A stretch of DNA of 64,000 nucleotides from Podarcis pityusensis (lineage: Eukaryota): NCBI GenBank assembly GCA_964106645.2, contig OZ067050.1. The stretch is one strand, 5' to 3'. A program made the translations under genes and the position numbers. The notes beneath the pieces are model-generated. The model saw only the letters and a program-made list of their open reading frames with translations. It did not search any database and was not told the origin of the DNA. Each line of letters begins with the position of its first letter. Positions within the stretch are counted from its first letter, which is position 1. This document shows, in pieces, positions 51,085 through 64,000 of the stretch.

Positions 51085-51431
51085 GGACACGGGTGGCGCT
51101 GTGGGTTAAACCACAGAGCCTAGGGCTTGCCAATCAGAAGATCGGCGGTTCGAATCCCTGTAACGGGGTGAGCTCCCGTTGCTCGGTCCCTGCTCCTGCC
51201 AACCTAGCAGTTTGAAAGCACGTCAAGTGCAAGTAGATAAATAGGTACCGCTCCGGTGGGAAGGTAAATGGCGTTTCCATGCACAGCTCTGGTTCGCCAG
51301 AAGCGGCTTAGTCATGCTGGCCACATGACCCGGAAGCTGTACGCCGGCTCCCTCGCCAGTAAAGCGAGATGAGCACCACAACCCCAGGTCGTCCGCAACT
51401 GGACCTAACGGTCAGGGGTTCCTTTACCTTT
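51085..51431 (+). mobile_element. Sauria SINE, full length
   Basis: TSD TACCTTCCTTAACA at 51071-51084 and 51432-51445. Confidence 0.92.
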
Positions 51432-54119
51432 TACCTTCCTTAACATCCCCACACTAAGAAGGATTTGCATGGGGTTAAAACAGAGAAGGGAGCCTCCCAA
51501 TTCCTAAATTGGCTCATTCTTTTTTGATCTCTGTGCTGACCTGAAACTAATATTCTTCGGTTGCAGCTCTCACTTCCGGCCTCCCTCTTCACTTCTCCTT
51601 TGGACCTTTTGAAGAAGGGTCAGCCTTGGGTCTATTTCTGCTGAGATTGAATAGCAGGCACAGCTCCTTGTATCTCCAACTTAGCTTGCTAGAACTAGGA
51701 ATGCTTTGCTATCCAATAATGCATTTCCAGTAATAAACCTAAGCTCTCTTATTTTTCCTATCAAGTGCCTCTCTGTGTGATTGCAAACAGCTGAGCCAGC
51801 TATCTCACAGAAAAGGGATTCAATATGCAGTCAGCTTCAAGCTGCGTGTTAATTTAGCAAGTAAAACAACAGCCCTCACAGGGATGTACAATGACAGAAG
51901 AAGATGCGATCCGTCCTGATCCTGGCTTCCAGCCGTGACACACAGGGAAAGGAGGCAGCAAACAACTTTGAGAATTTTGGGATTTACACTTTTTAAAATA
52001 TGGCATCCCTACCATACACAAGGTGAAAAAATCATGGCGAGGTCACCTCATGTGAGGCTCTAGGCCCAAGTGTTTGTCTGTTAAAGCACAGAGCCTCAAA
52101 AGTATGGTTAGACCCAGGGAATATAAAAGGGCTCAGACTGTGTACACACTGCTGTTTGCTTCCATGTGCTCCCACTGTTGGTTTGGGAACACAAATTGGC
52201 CACACAAACTACAATTGAAGCACCGCAATGCCACTTCAAATAGTCTTGGCTTCCCCCAAAGAATTATGGGAGCTGTAGTTTGTCCTGGGTGCTGAGAGAA
52301 ATGTTAGGAGGCCCCCTATTCCCTGCACGGAGCTACAGTTCCCAGAGTTCCCTGGGAAGAAGGGTTGACTGCTAAACCAATTCTGGGAATTTTAGCATTA
52401 TAAGGAAAATAGAGGTCTCCTAACAACTTTCAGCACCCAAAACAAACTACAGCTCCCAGAATTTGGGGGAAGCCATGACTGATTACAGTGGCATTCAGAT
52501 GTATGGTGTAGATGTGGGCGATGTTAGCCACAATCCATATCTATTCCCTGTCCTGAATTGAGCCTGTCATTTCTTATGAAATGCTGAGTTTTGATGTGTT
52601 CATCCCCGAACCAGCTTCGATCCAAACTGAGAAAAGGATGCCCTAACTGCATTTTAAATCACTAATGCAGTCAGCCTCGGTTGAGACAGCTCTCCTCAAA
52701 ACAAGTCACCCATTAGCTGATCTCTCTGCGGGGTTTTGCCTCAGAACAGCTTCGTTTTGTACTAGAGTCCAGATGGATCCACAATGAGTGACCTGGCCTG
52801 TCTGTATCTTCTCCCTCTGCCCCAGATCGCTTGCTGGACCTACATCCTTCTGACCCGTTCAGGGCTGCACCTGATCTGGGGAAAATTTCTGTCACATCTC
52901 TCTCTCATCCGGAATGAAGTTTCAGGAATATAAACCAGACTTTGGGGGAAGACGCACATTGACATTTACAGCTGGGGAGCACTGAGAATGACAGAGAAGC
53001 TTCAAAGCTGTCTGATGAGCCAACAACAGAGAGTTCTTAAGCACACACACACAAAGCCACTGCTTCTTGAGTCTAGCTGCTCTTGAGAATAAATCCCCAT
53101 ATGACTAGGGAGCTTAAAACTCCCTCCCAAGCCGCCACAGGGCTCCGCAAATCAGCAAGCCAACCAACTCTGGAGTCTTTGTTGCTCCTTACAGCACCTT
53201 GGGGAAAGACCTATTTGCAAAAGAATAATAATGGTTCCTGTACAATGCTTTTGTCCTATGGCCCCTTCTGCCACAGGTTCTGTCTCTAGGTGGAGCTGGC
53301 AATTCCAGCTGTGCTCTGCATTAACACTTGCCCAACCTTTTCATCAGTAAATAAATGTGTTTCTACGCAGAGCTTCCCAAGAGTCCGTGTTCTTCTAGCA
53401 CTGTCTGCAGTTTAGGGTAGCTTTGTGTCATCCAAACCCCTGGTGGGCAATTGTTGTTTTTTATAATCTATGCTCCGTATGAATCTTTTAACACGTTTGC
53501 ATAAAATTCACACTGCTGGAAATGTTTCCTGGCACAGTTTGGGGCAAGCACAACCCCCTGGCCAGCCGCAAGGTCCTGTGCTTTGGTTAATCTTTTCTGG
53601 CTTCCCCCATGGCTGCTTGTCTCTAATGGACTTCTCCAGAATGCCTCGATATTCAGCATTCATCTCGATTTGCTTGCACAAAGCTTATGCAGTGAAGCAG
53701 ACCAGAAGCTGCCTCTCACTGAGCCAGGCCAGTTGGTCCATCAAGCTTAGGATTATCTGCACCGACCAGCAGAGATTCAGACAGGGATCTCTTCCAGTCC
53801 TACTGGGACATGTGAATCAGATGCTCTACCACTGAGCCACTCCCAATTTCTAGACTTCATTGAGCATTTGTTCCCATTTGTTTACAGGGAGGTTACATGA
53901 CAATGAGCATTCACCCTTGTTTGCTTGCGGGTTTTGTTTACGCCTTTCCCACTTAATCCTTTGTACGTCCCCTTTGCATTCCCACACTGCAAAAAATCCT
54001 TTTTTAAAAAGTAGATTTGTTGCAGTAGGCTGCCAGAAAGCTTTAAGCCACTCTTAACTGTTTTGGGAGGGCTCGTGCTTTATTCATTTCTTATTTTATT
54101 CATTTATTAAATTTATATA

Positions 54120-54361
54120 CAGTGGTACCTCGGGTTACATACGCTTCAGGTTACATATGCTTGAGGTTACAGACTCCGCTAACCCAGAAATAGTGCTTCA
54201 GGTTAAGAACTTTGCTTCAGGATGAGAACAGAAATCGTGCTCCGGCAGCGCGGCAGCAGCGGGAGGCCCCATTAGCTAAAGTGGTGCTTCAGGTTAAGAA
54301 CAGTTTCAGGTTAAGAACAGACCTCCAGAACGAATTAAGTACTTAACCCGAGGTACCACTG
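54120..54361 (+). mobile_element. Tc1/mariner-type MITE, copy 5
   Basis: Perfect TIR, TA TSD. Confidence 0.9.
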
Positions 54362-54708
54362 TACTGCCCTTCATCCAAAGGTCTCAGGGAGGTTCACGGA
54401 CTTCAGGTGTTTCTATCCAGAGAAGCACGTATAAAAGGACAACTTACAGTTATCCATAATCTATCACTCTTTGTGTAATGGCTGCCCAAGAACGTTGTGG
54501 TATTTGCCGAGTGAAGGAAGCCCAAGCCTGCAACTCTGAGCTCCTTGGAGGACAGGTGAACTGCACATGAAAAATAAAGAAATAAATGAACTGGGAAGAA
54601 TCTAGGTGTTACAGACTCTGTTGTTCCTCAGACTACTTGTGCAGAAAGGCTAGTTGTTCTCAGTACAATTTCCACACACAAGTTGTTCTCAATACAAGTA
54701 TAATAATA

Positions 54709-55061
54709 GGTAAAGGTAAAGGGACCCCTGCCCATTAGGTCCAGTCGTGACCGACTCTGGGGTTGTGGTGCTCATCTCGCTTTATTGGCCGAGGGAGCCG
54801 GCGTACAGCTTCCGGGTCATGTGGCCAGCATGACTAAGCCGCTTCTGGCGAACCAGAGCAGCGCACGGAAACGCCGTTTACCTTCCCGCTGGAGCAGTAC
54901 CTATTTATCTACTTGCACTTGACGTGCTTTCGAACTGCTAGGTTGGCAGGAGCAGGGACCGAGCAACGGGAGCTCACCCCATCACTGGGATTCGAACCGC
55001 CGACCTTCTGATCGGCAAGTCCTGGGCTCCATGGTTTAACCCACAGCGCCACCCGCGTCCC
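54709..55061 (-). mobile_element. Sauria SINE, full length
   Basis: TSD AAGTATAATAATA at 54696-54708 and 55062-55074. Confidence 0.92.
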
Positions 55062-58000
55062 AAGTATAATAATACTTACTCTTTATTATTTATAGAAAGC
55101 TTTATATTACCTGCCGATTCTCATCACTTTCTCTATGATCTGCCAGGAAAGCTGACCTACAGGAAATTAAATATGGGAGCAGCAGAGCTGGTTTATTGAA
55201 TCTTGGTTTTTGGCCCAGGAACTCGGGAACTGCTGATCATGTCTTCTTCCACTGCCAGGTAGTGAGTTTTCAAGAAGCCAAAGTAGACTCCTAATGTATT
55301 CTCCAAAATGACTGACATTGTCTTTTCACAACAGTAGCCAACCCTGGGCTGCTTTGAGGGCAGGCCCAGGATTACCCAGCCATAACTTGAAGTTTAAGTC
55401 TTCTCGCAGGTCATTTCCATGGTTTCCCAAGAAATGCTAGTGTTGATTTCTATAAATCGGCATACGTTTGTACTGATATGCGTACAGTATAAAATAATGA
55501 AACAGAACCGAAATCATTAAAACCTTGAAAAAGTATTTGACTACTTCTGCAACTGGATTTATTGGATCAGATGTCTGACCATATTGGCCCCAGAAATAAA
55601 TGAAAGAGCATCTTTTGTTCTAAACTATAAACACAAGCATAAAATGTTATGTAAATATATTTCAAATTGGTACACTTGTTTTATCCTTTTTACTGTTGTG
55701 CTGTTTCTCTTTTCCGTTCTCTCCACTGGCTTCCACTTTTATTATGTCTTCTGCTGAAGGTCTTCTACAGCAGCTTTCGCCAAGCGGGTGCCCTCTTGAT
55801 GTTTTGAACTACAACTCCCATCAGCCACAGTCAGCATGGGATCTGTAGTCCAAAACATCAGGAGGGCACGAGGTTGGAGAAGGCTGCTTGAGTGGACTAA
55901 CTAGCCTTTCTGGTCTGTTGCAGTGAAAACAACTAAGAATCTTGATGCAGCTTAAAAACTTAACACATTTGTTGCAAAAGAATAAGGTACTAAATAAGCC
56001 TCGTATATTTATATGGGTATGAAGAGTTCTTACAGCTTTACAAGGAACGAGTCTGTGGCTTATAGAATATGCAGTAATAACCAATCTAATGTGGCTTTAT
56101 GGAGACACTTTGCCTGTGTATGCACTAAGCCTAATGTAGCAGGGCAAGGCAGAATTAATCTGCAATGAGTTTTCATTTGGGGACTGAAACCAATTTCTCA
56201 AGAAGCACTTTTCCAGGGGCAAAAAAAAAAAAAAAAGTACACTAGATATAGATGGTGTGTGGACTGCTGTATGTAGGGAAAAAAACCCTGGTCCTCCGTC
56301 TCCATTGATTCTAGAATTAAAACGTGGGTACACGAGCTGTGTATAGTATCACATGAATATATTCTAAAATATCACAACTGTGTTGGCTGAATATATCTTT
56401 CAAATGCTGGCTGCCCCACAGCAATGAAAAACAGAAACAGCTGCCCAGGTGTAACACATGTGTTTCAATCTATAAAGTCTCCTTCAGTGGCATTTGGTTG
56501 TAAAAGTGCATCTCCTTTTTTGTGAGCTCAGAGGACAAATTCACACACACACAATTTTTAATAACATACTTTTTTTGGGGGGGGGGGGGGAATTAATCAT
56601 TCAATTTTTTTTCCAGTAAAGAAAACTCATTATGTGATATATATTATGCTGTTTCAGACTTTTGTAGTTCAAGGAAAAATCGTCTGAGGCTCTTCTGCAG
56701 CCAGTACGGCACTGTTTTATGTCCCTGTGGAAAATAATCTCTCCAAGTTATAATTACACAACTCATTTAAAAAAACCAAACACCTCTTATTAAAAAGCAA
56801 TGTTAAGCGAAGTGTTAAATTAGCAGTTTCACACTGAAGTTTCTTTCCCCCCAGTATGGCTACCTTAAAGTCAACAACAGATTATCCGGGGAGTTTTAAA
56901 CCATCTCCCACTGGTTTCTGAATATAGCAAAACTTATGTCAGAGTCGTGTCCATTTATTCCTACACAAAAGAATAAAGGCACTCCAATCTGACACAGGTT
57001 TTCCTTGCTCAAGGGCAAGAGCTAGAGCATTCTCTGAAGCTCATTTTTGGAACGTTGTTCTGCACCTCCATATATGTATTTATGCAGATGGCCACTTAAA
57101 TATCCACTAGTCATCCACTCTTAAGTAAAATGTGTAGTGGTTTTTTATGCTTGGTCATTTATTCCACTCTTTCTACAAATGACACCATCCCACCACCACC
57201 AAATATCTCAGCTGAGAAGTCAGGAATATGAAGTTTGACTGGCTGCTAATGCCTCATTGTGCCATTTCCTCTGTTTTACATGCCAATTGCTCATTACTGA
57301 GTGATTAGTGAAGTTTGTAGAAGGGATGGAAATTTGACTGACACACTAAACGAAACAGCAGCAAAAATAACATGTTGTCATGGGAGAGATTCCTTGCTAC
57401 AATTGAACAAAAGGATTTGTATTGTAAAACCTGCCACCTTAGGTTTTAATGTTGTTTCTGGGATTACTTCACCAAACCGTCAGGAGTGCTGGTTTCCTTC
57501 AGCCCATCCCCTCCAACCACTAGGCAATATTTCCTTCCTAGAAGCCTTCATATCTGTCTCCCAGCCCCTTCATGACACAGAAATCAGATCCCACCTTTCT
57601 CCCAGTGAACAAGAGTTCAGAGATCACGGTTGCATACACACCATACATTTAAAGCATATTCCCCCTCAAAGAAGATTCCTGGGAACTATAGTTTGCTGAG
57701 AGTGCTGGGAACTGTAGGAGTAAACTACAGTTCCCATGATTCTTGGGGGCTGGGGATGTGCTTTAAATATATGGCACAGATGCAGCTTGTGGCCATTATT
57801 CCTCTTTCTATCATACCATTCACCACTTCCGGATAAGCCAAGCGTCCCTGTTTCCATCTGATTTTGCCTTCTATTTAAGAAAGGTATTGGGTTCTTATTA
57901 ATCACCGATCTCTTGTGGTGCAGCTGGCTTCTTGCAGCCAAATGTCTCCACCTGAAGGCTAAAGCTGCACATTGCAACCAGGTATTAACTTTTGATCATC

Positions 58001-58335
58001 GTCAGGATCCTCATGGAAGGAGAGAGGGATTCTGGAGGGCTCCTTCAAGGCACAAACTCACGGGATAAGAGCGGGGGGGGTGGGGCGACTGCAAAGAAGC
58101 GAGCAACCGGGTTCAGCTAATAAAAAGCAAACCTGAAGGATAGCCAGGCTTCCCCATCACACAGAAAACCAATCTCTCCCATTTCAAGCATCTCCCATGC
58201 AACAATGGGAATACAGGCTAAATTTGAAGAGGCGAGTGACCTTATCTAAGTAGCAACCTTTCCCATGTCACACTTTTTATTTCTGCCTTCCTGAGCAGTG
58301 GAAGATTCCTACTGGTCCTTCTCCCTCAGCAGTCA

Positions 58336-58488
58336 TGGAATCATAGAATTGTTGATTTAGAAGGGACCCTAAGGATCATCTATTCCCACCCTCTGCAGTG
58401 CAGGAATATGCAGCTGTCCTCTACGGGGATTGAACCTGCAACCTTGGTTTTTATCAGCACCACACACTAACCAACTGAGCTATCCAGG
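58336..58488 (-). mobile_element. Short tRNA-derived SINE with a CR1-type 3' tail
   Basis: - strand reads GGATAGCTCAGTTGGTTAG...GGTGCTGATAA...CAGGTTCAATCCCC (A and B boxes, tRNA-Ile-like), then the CR1 3' UTR ending ATTCTATGATTCC. Confidence 0.7.
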
Positions 58489-59020
58489 TGGTTCAGTTTT
58501 TGGAGCCCTACCTGTTGAGCTGTGCCATTTCCCTTGCAGTTTACCCAAACCCACATGGCAACACCCAGATTGGGGGGGTCCTCCTTCCCCACATCACCCC
58601 CCTGCTCTGATTCTACAGTGTTTTAAATGGGGACTATTTTCCCTTTAAAAAAATTGTCGCCATGGGTTAGCCTTGCTCCTCTCACCGGTGAGTTTGAGAT
58701 TTCTCTTTTAAGATTGTCTCGTGTAGGCTATTTAGACTCCGGAGTGTAGGCTGTTTGTTTATTTTTATGCTACCAAACTGTTTTCTCCCTCATCCCACAT
58801 CTTAATCAAGCATCTTAATTTGGAAATGAGGGTTTAACTGTATGCTGCTGCCTTCAGCTCCATCCTCCGCGTCTCAGCCTTTTAGATATTTGAAGATGGC
58901 TATCATACCTCCTCTCTGTCTCTTCATGTTTTCTTGAAAATGAAATAAATACAAATGCAATGGGTCTTATTCCCAGGTAAGTGTGGATACTGGAAAGCAG
59001 CTGTCTGGAAGTTTTGGATA

Positions 59021-59242
59021 CAGTGGTACCTCGGGTTAAGTACTTAGTTTCGGAGGTCCGTTCTTAACCTGAAACCGTTCTTAACCTGAAGCACCACATT
59101 AGCTAATGGGGCCTCCCGCTGCTGCTGTCCCGCCGCGGCACAATTTCTGTTCTCATCCTGAAGCAAAGTTCTTAACCCGAGGTACTATTTCTGGGTTAGC
59201 GGAGTCTGTAACCTGAAGCATATGTAACCTGAGGTACCACTG
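59021..59242 (-). mobile_element. Tc1/mariner-type MITE, copy 6
   Basis: TIR and TA TSD. Confidence 0.9.
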
Positions 59243-59797
59243 TACGGTAAAGCAGCCTTTCAGAAGTTTTGGAGTATAACACTGGAGGGTGGAGTGGGTC
59301 ACAGCATTAACATCCCAATAGATCTTGCTTCCCCATTAGGTTTCCAGGGGAACTCCAAGTGCACCAAAGAGTAAGTTGTCCCTCTGTGTATTCAGCTTCC
59401 AGCATCAGCCCAACACACTCTCTTACAGCCCTCCCCCCAGCCTATTGTTCTTCCTCCTTGGATAACAAGGTACCCAGCCAGGTGGAGTAGGAAAAGACCC
59501 ACTCCTTTGTCTCTAGGGCAACCTATTTGAATTTGTAAATCGCAGTACATTCGTACCTTGGAAGTCGAACGGAATCCTTTCTGGAAGTCTGTTTGACTTC
59601 CAAAGCGCGGCTTCTGATTGGCTGCAAGAAGCTCCTGCAGCCAAGCGGAAGCTGTGCCAGATGTTCAAAAATCATTTGAAAACCAGAACACTCACTTCCG
59701 GGTTTTGATCGTTCAGGAGCCGATTTCTTTGGGACATCTTTCCAAAGGAAAATCTTGAAATTATGTGAGAGCTTTTTATGGTGGTGCTCAACATGGG

Positions 59798-60062
59798 AGT
59801 TAAGTTGTGGGTGAACATATCAGACGACACAGTGATTCTTCAAACAGCTCTTGTTTATTCACAGGCCAGAACAGAACTGACTGAAGGGTTCAGCCAGCCT
59901 GCTTATATAGAGCTCCACTACAATGCAACAGTAACCATTTTCTGTAACTATCCAATCACTGTGAACGTCACTTTCAATCCCTTATTTGCATATGTGGACC
60001 TGAGTGAAAACTATCTACAGTATCCCTCTGCTGGCCCAGGGTGAGAACTTCAGTACATAACG
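59798..60062 (-). mobile_element. Solo-LTR-like repeat, copy 2, uninterrupted
   Basis: On the - strand a TATATAAG box is followed by AATAAA; homologous to 42229-42664. Confidence 0.55.
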
Positions 60063-61318
60063 GTGGGCCTTTCCCCTTTCATGCTTTTAGTTACTTTTTT
60101 AAAATAAAAAAAATCAAGATCTCTGTGGCATCATTCCACAATGCACCTGCCTTTTGGGTCTGTAGTTCATCCTTGCCTGGACTGGGTGTGTGCAGATCTG
60201 TGGTGAGCTGGTGTGGAAGAGTGGTCCTTGCGGCTGGAGGTTTGCCTTGATCACTGTTGTAACATGTTATATATTTCAGCTCAGTTTACTGTGCTAGCCG
60301 AAGGCCATGACAAAACCAACACAGTCAACAAAAATATAGAACAAACCCTCTGTTTAAACTAACAGAACCATGCAATGCTAGCGAGACTATAAATGGGGAG
60401 CCCCAATGACTATATACAGTGTATTTCAAATTATACCTCCGAATCTCCCTTACAATTTACTACTATTTTGTCCAATTCTTTCTTGCCACCAGCATGAAAT
60501 AGGCCACTTTATGAGTCACTGAGGCGTTCGAGTCACTCAGCAGTTACAGAACCCTCTCCGCCAAGGAGAGATTGCTTTCTCTAACATACCGGGGATTTAG
60601 AAGGTGTCTCCTAGGTTCTGTGTATAATGGGCAATGTAACACATAATGAAGAATGTCTTCTATTTGCGGTTGCCTGCATATACAGAGTATCTGTGTATGG
60701 AATCTTGTTATAAGGCCCATCCAGCACAGCTGAGTGCATTGCTTGGAAACACACCTCAATAAAGGAAAATCTTAAGGGAACAAGCAAGAAATGGCTCTAA
60801 AATGCTCTGTTTTTAAGAGTGGAAACCACAGAGAACTTTTAGAAGATTTAACCACTTGTCCCTTCTGGATTCTGTCCAGTAGAGTCCATCATCAAAATCT
60901 CAATAATAATCTGAATAATAATACAGGCAACGTTGAATGTTTGATTTCCACCAATAACTGTCACCCAGTTCCATATAGCACATGGCAGGAAATCGCTCGA
61001 AGGGTAAGGAAGTAATCTTTCCAGGTAGCTGAATTGAGAGCATTCTACTCTTTTCTTGACCATTGTCCATCCGGCTTCCGTACGTAGAAGTGCTGCTGAT
61101 GTTTCATTGGGTAAGGAGAATAGTCTCCTAAGAAATTTATTTTGAACGATTTCTAACCCTCACCTCAAATTTCAGCTCCACACAATATTTGCGGTGAAGG
61201 AGCATATTACAATATAATTGTTCTATTATTGAAGGACATGCTTAAATGTTACATTGCAAATGGGCCCCTCATTAGAATGTCTAGCTTGGGCAGACAGAGA
61301 TAAAGAACAAGGATTTAT

Positions 61319-61679
61319 TGTCACACCAGGATGAGGGAGGTTGCAGGAAGGAGGGAGAGAAGACCAAGACTTTATATGGTAATATAGGAACTTATTATAA
61401 GTTTCGATTTCCCAGAAATCAGGTGACTTACAAGAAATCAGGTGACTTACAAGAGATCAGGTGGTATTCTATTTTGCAAATCTATATAAAGGGGTGCACC
61501 CTGACTACTGTGTACAGGTTGTGTACTGATCGCCCTGTGCCTTTGTTCTGCATATGCACTTCAAATAAAAAATCCTGTTAATAACCTGCAAGAGCGTTTT
61601 GCCGCTTTGTGTGAATCTGTGCTTCAGGGACCCAAATAGCAGATATGTGTGGTCCTTCAGCGGGATCACTTTATTACCA
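61319..61679 (+). mobile_element. Possible solo LTR inside the LINE relic
   Basis: TGTCAC...TACCA ends; tandem 18-mers (AATCAGGTGACTTACAAG) in the U3-like part; TATATAAA then AATAAA. Confidence 0.5.
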
Positions 61680-61763
61680 TTTTACTGCCCTTTGGATTTC
61701 ACTGCCTCAATATGCCACTTCCAAGACAAGGATTCACTAAAAAGGACTCCAAGATATATGAAG

Positions 61764-62483
61764 TAGGGTTGCCATATTTCAAAAGTTTTTGTTTGTTTTA
61801 GTTTTGCCAAAAGTTATTGAGATTTTTTAAAAATAGTTTATGAGCTATTTCTTATTAAATTAGAATCATAGAATCATAGAATCATAGAGTTGGAAGAGAC
61901 CACAAGGGCCATCGAGTCCAACCCCCTGCCAAGCAGGAAACACCATCAGAGCACTCCTGACATATGGTTGTCAAGCCTCTGCTTAAAGACCTCCAAAGAA
62001 GGAGACTCCACCACACTCCTTGGCAGCAAATTCCACTGTCGAACAGCTCTTACTGTCAGGAAGTTCTTCCTAATGTTTAGGTGGAATCTTCTTTCTTGTA
62101 GTTTGGATCCATTGCTCCGTGTCCGCTTCTCTGGAGCAGCAGAAAACAACCTTTCTCCCTCCTCTATGTGACATCCTTTTATATATTTGAACATGGCTAT
62201 CATATCACCCCTTAACCTCCTCTTCTCCAGGCTAAACATGCCCAGCTCCCTTAGCCGTTCCTCATAAGGCATCGTTTCCAGGCCTTTGACCATTTTGGTT
62301 GCCCTCCTCTGGACACGTTCCAGTTTGTCAATGTCCTTCTTGAACTGTGGTGCCCAGAAATTAGTCAAAATCTACACTACCGACATGGCCTGTCATACGT
62401 CTGGATTTTCCCGGACATTTCAGCCATTTCCGCCCAGAAATTACTGGCTATGTCTGGAAAATTCTAGACATATGGCAACCCTA
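61764..62483. mobile_element. hAT-like MITE (TIR TAGGGTTGCCATA) interrupted by CR1
   Basis: Perfect 13-bp TIR at 61764-61776 and 62471-62483; flanks TATGAAG / TCTGAAG. Confidence 0.7.
61864..62357 (-). mobile_element. Young 5'-truncated CR1 LINE
   Basis: Open ORF remnant [28 protein letters not shown]...[10 protein letters not shown]; (ATTCTATG)n tail; AAATTAG repeated on both flanks. Confidence 0.93.
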
Positions 62484-64000
62484 TCTGAAGGAGCAAGAAT
62501 GCTCTAATTCATGTTGACCCAAACTCCATTTATATCTAGGGCTGTGTTTTCCAAAGACCATCAGCTCAGTCTTGGAATACTTTACGGAGAGGCTTTCTTG
62601 TTTATAATATGAACTAAAAACCACCAATAGATTTTTAAGTCCCAAGTGGGAGACTGAAAGGAGCCCTATGTCATCTGCATACATCTAATGCCAGAGAACA
62701 TGGACTAGGTGAAGAACTGCATCATTAATATAAAGATTAAAAAGCATAGGGGCCAAACTACAGCTCTGTTTCACTCCTTCGGTCGATTTAAAGGCCTCAG
62801 GCAAGCCAGCATTAAGAGCAACTCTGACCCTCATTTCTGTGCCATAGTACAGTCTCAAATGAGTAAGAGAAGCCTGTGGTCAATGTTAGCATTGAGAAGT
62901 TTCTCCCCCCCCCCCCACCTGCTGTGATTAACGGACTCAAAAGCAGCAGAGAGATCAATAAAGGCTGCAAAATGATTGTTTTTACTGTTTTTGGTGTATT
63001 TTCTAATGATGTGATTCAACATAAAACACTGGTTGTTGTTACTGAATCCCTCTCTGAAGCCCGCTTGTCCTTCACACAATATATAATTTGTGTGGAGCCT
63101 GTCTAATAAATAGATATTGAGCATAAAGCCTGGCAAGGAATATCTAAATTAAAGGCCAACAGGGCGATAGGTTTTGAGGAACGGCTCTGTGTGCTATTTT
63201 TATAGAAAAAGAGGTGCTGGAACCCATTCTCTCAGAATGGCAATGGCACCAACCTGAGAGGTGCCGGAATTAAGTTCTGGCTGAAAAAAAGCCCTGGTTT
63301 GAGTCATAATGGACAAGCTTGGCTGAAGGCACACCCCAAAATGGTGTGTGGATGTGTGAAGGTTAATAAAGGCAGAAGTTGTCTCCTCTTATTTCTTCCC
63401 GCCAAACATCCACACCTAGAGACTACAGTATTACGGATGGGCATTTGCAGAAGAGGGAGAGTGTTCCCTCTTTGAAAGGATGCACTCTGAGACGTGAGCA
63501 GCACTGGGACTGGCCCTACCATTAGACATTGGGGGTACATGGAGTCAGTGGCAAGAAGGTGTTGGAGGATGGAGCTGTGGGGGCAGCTTGCCCGGCCTTG
63601 CCCTACTTAAGCTAGCTTGTTGCCCTCAGGGGCAGTGGAGGGCGTTGCTTTACAAAGGCCACATTCCCAAGATAAGTGTAAAACACGGCCGCCATCTTGC
63701 ACTGTCATGGTTTGCCCCCAAAGAATTATGGGAACTGTAGTTTGTGCTGAGAGTGGCTAGGAGACCTCTACTGCCCACCCAGAGCTACAGTTCCCAGAGT
63801 TCCCAGTGAATGTGGGAATGCGGCCAAAGCAAGATTCAGTTGCCCTGCTAGTCAGCCTCAGGGGTGGGAATGGCTCATTATGCCTCAGGCTGCAAAATGT
63901 CTTAAGCCAGCCCTGATGGAGCAGAAACTGGTGCAAATAAGCATCTGCACTTGCTGTTTCCCACCCCTGGACTTGAGCCTTTGTCTAAAATCATTTCCCT

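Larger units (their letters stand above)
60280..63180 (-). mobile_element. Degenerate non-LTR retrotransposon (RTE-X-like), split by younger insertions
   Basis: RT motifs QAGFREGFS...AAFIDLSAAFESV (62855-63136) and YADD (MYADDIGLLS, 62481-62684); C-terminal CxC...EDILHYVLHCPLY zinc-knuckle remnant (60544-60759). Clade assignment is inference. Confidence 0.7.

Noticed and set aside
58410-58488. tRNA-Ile-like gene on the - strand
   Set aside because: The stems are degenerate and the sequence runs straight into a CR1 tail, so it is better explained as a SINE head.

Overview
Eukaryotic (squamate, probably lacertid lizard) genomic DNA; the taxon is inferred from many near-consensus Sauria SINEs. 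The left 30 kb holds two complete, convergent, spliced genes that I reconstructed exon by exon with GT-AG junctions and consistent phase. INO80E is on + (7 coding exons, 495-10468, 246 aa) and starts in a CpG-island promoter with tandem ZNF143/THAP11, X-box, CCAAT and ETS motifs. DOC2A is on - (10 coding exons, 26719-14339, 386 aa) with a probable non-coding first exon near 29.9-30.1 kb. This pair matches the INO80E-DOC2A block of human 16p11.2 as I recall it. In 30-64 kb I recognise no protein-coding exon. That part contains enhancer-like motif clusters, a possible + strand non-coding first exon at about 38 kb, a 133-nt N gap and dense, often nested transposons: Sauria SINEs, TA-flanked Tc1/mariner-type MITEs, hAT-like MITEs, CR1, L2, L1-like and RTE-X-like LINE relics, and solo LTRs. 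I found no convincing new biological system. The best leads are a Doc2g-like Munc13-binding motif in a DOC2A-position gene, a possible 3' overlap of INO80E and DOC2A, a chimeric MITE that carries an L2 tail, and multi-level TE nests. Comparisons to human and mouse sequences are from memory, not from searches.
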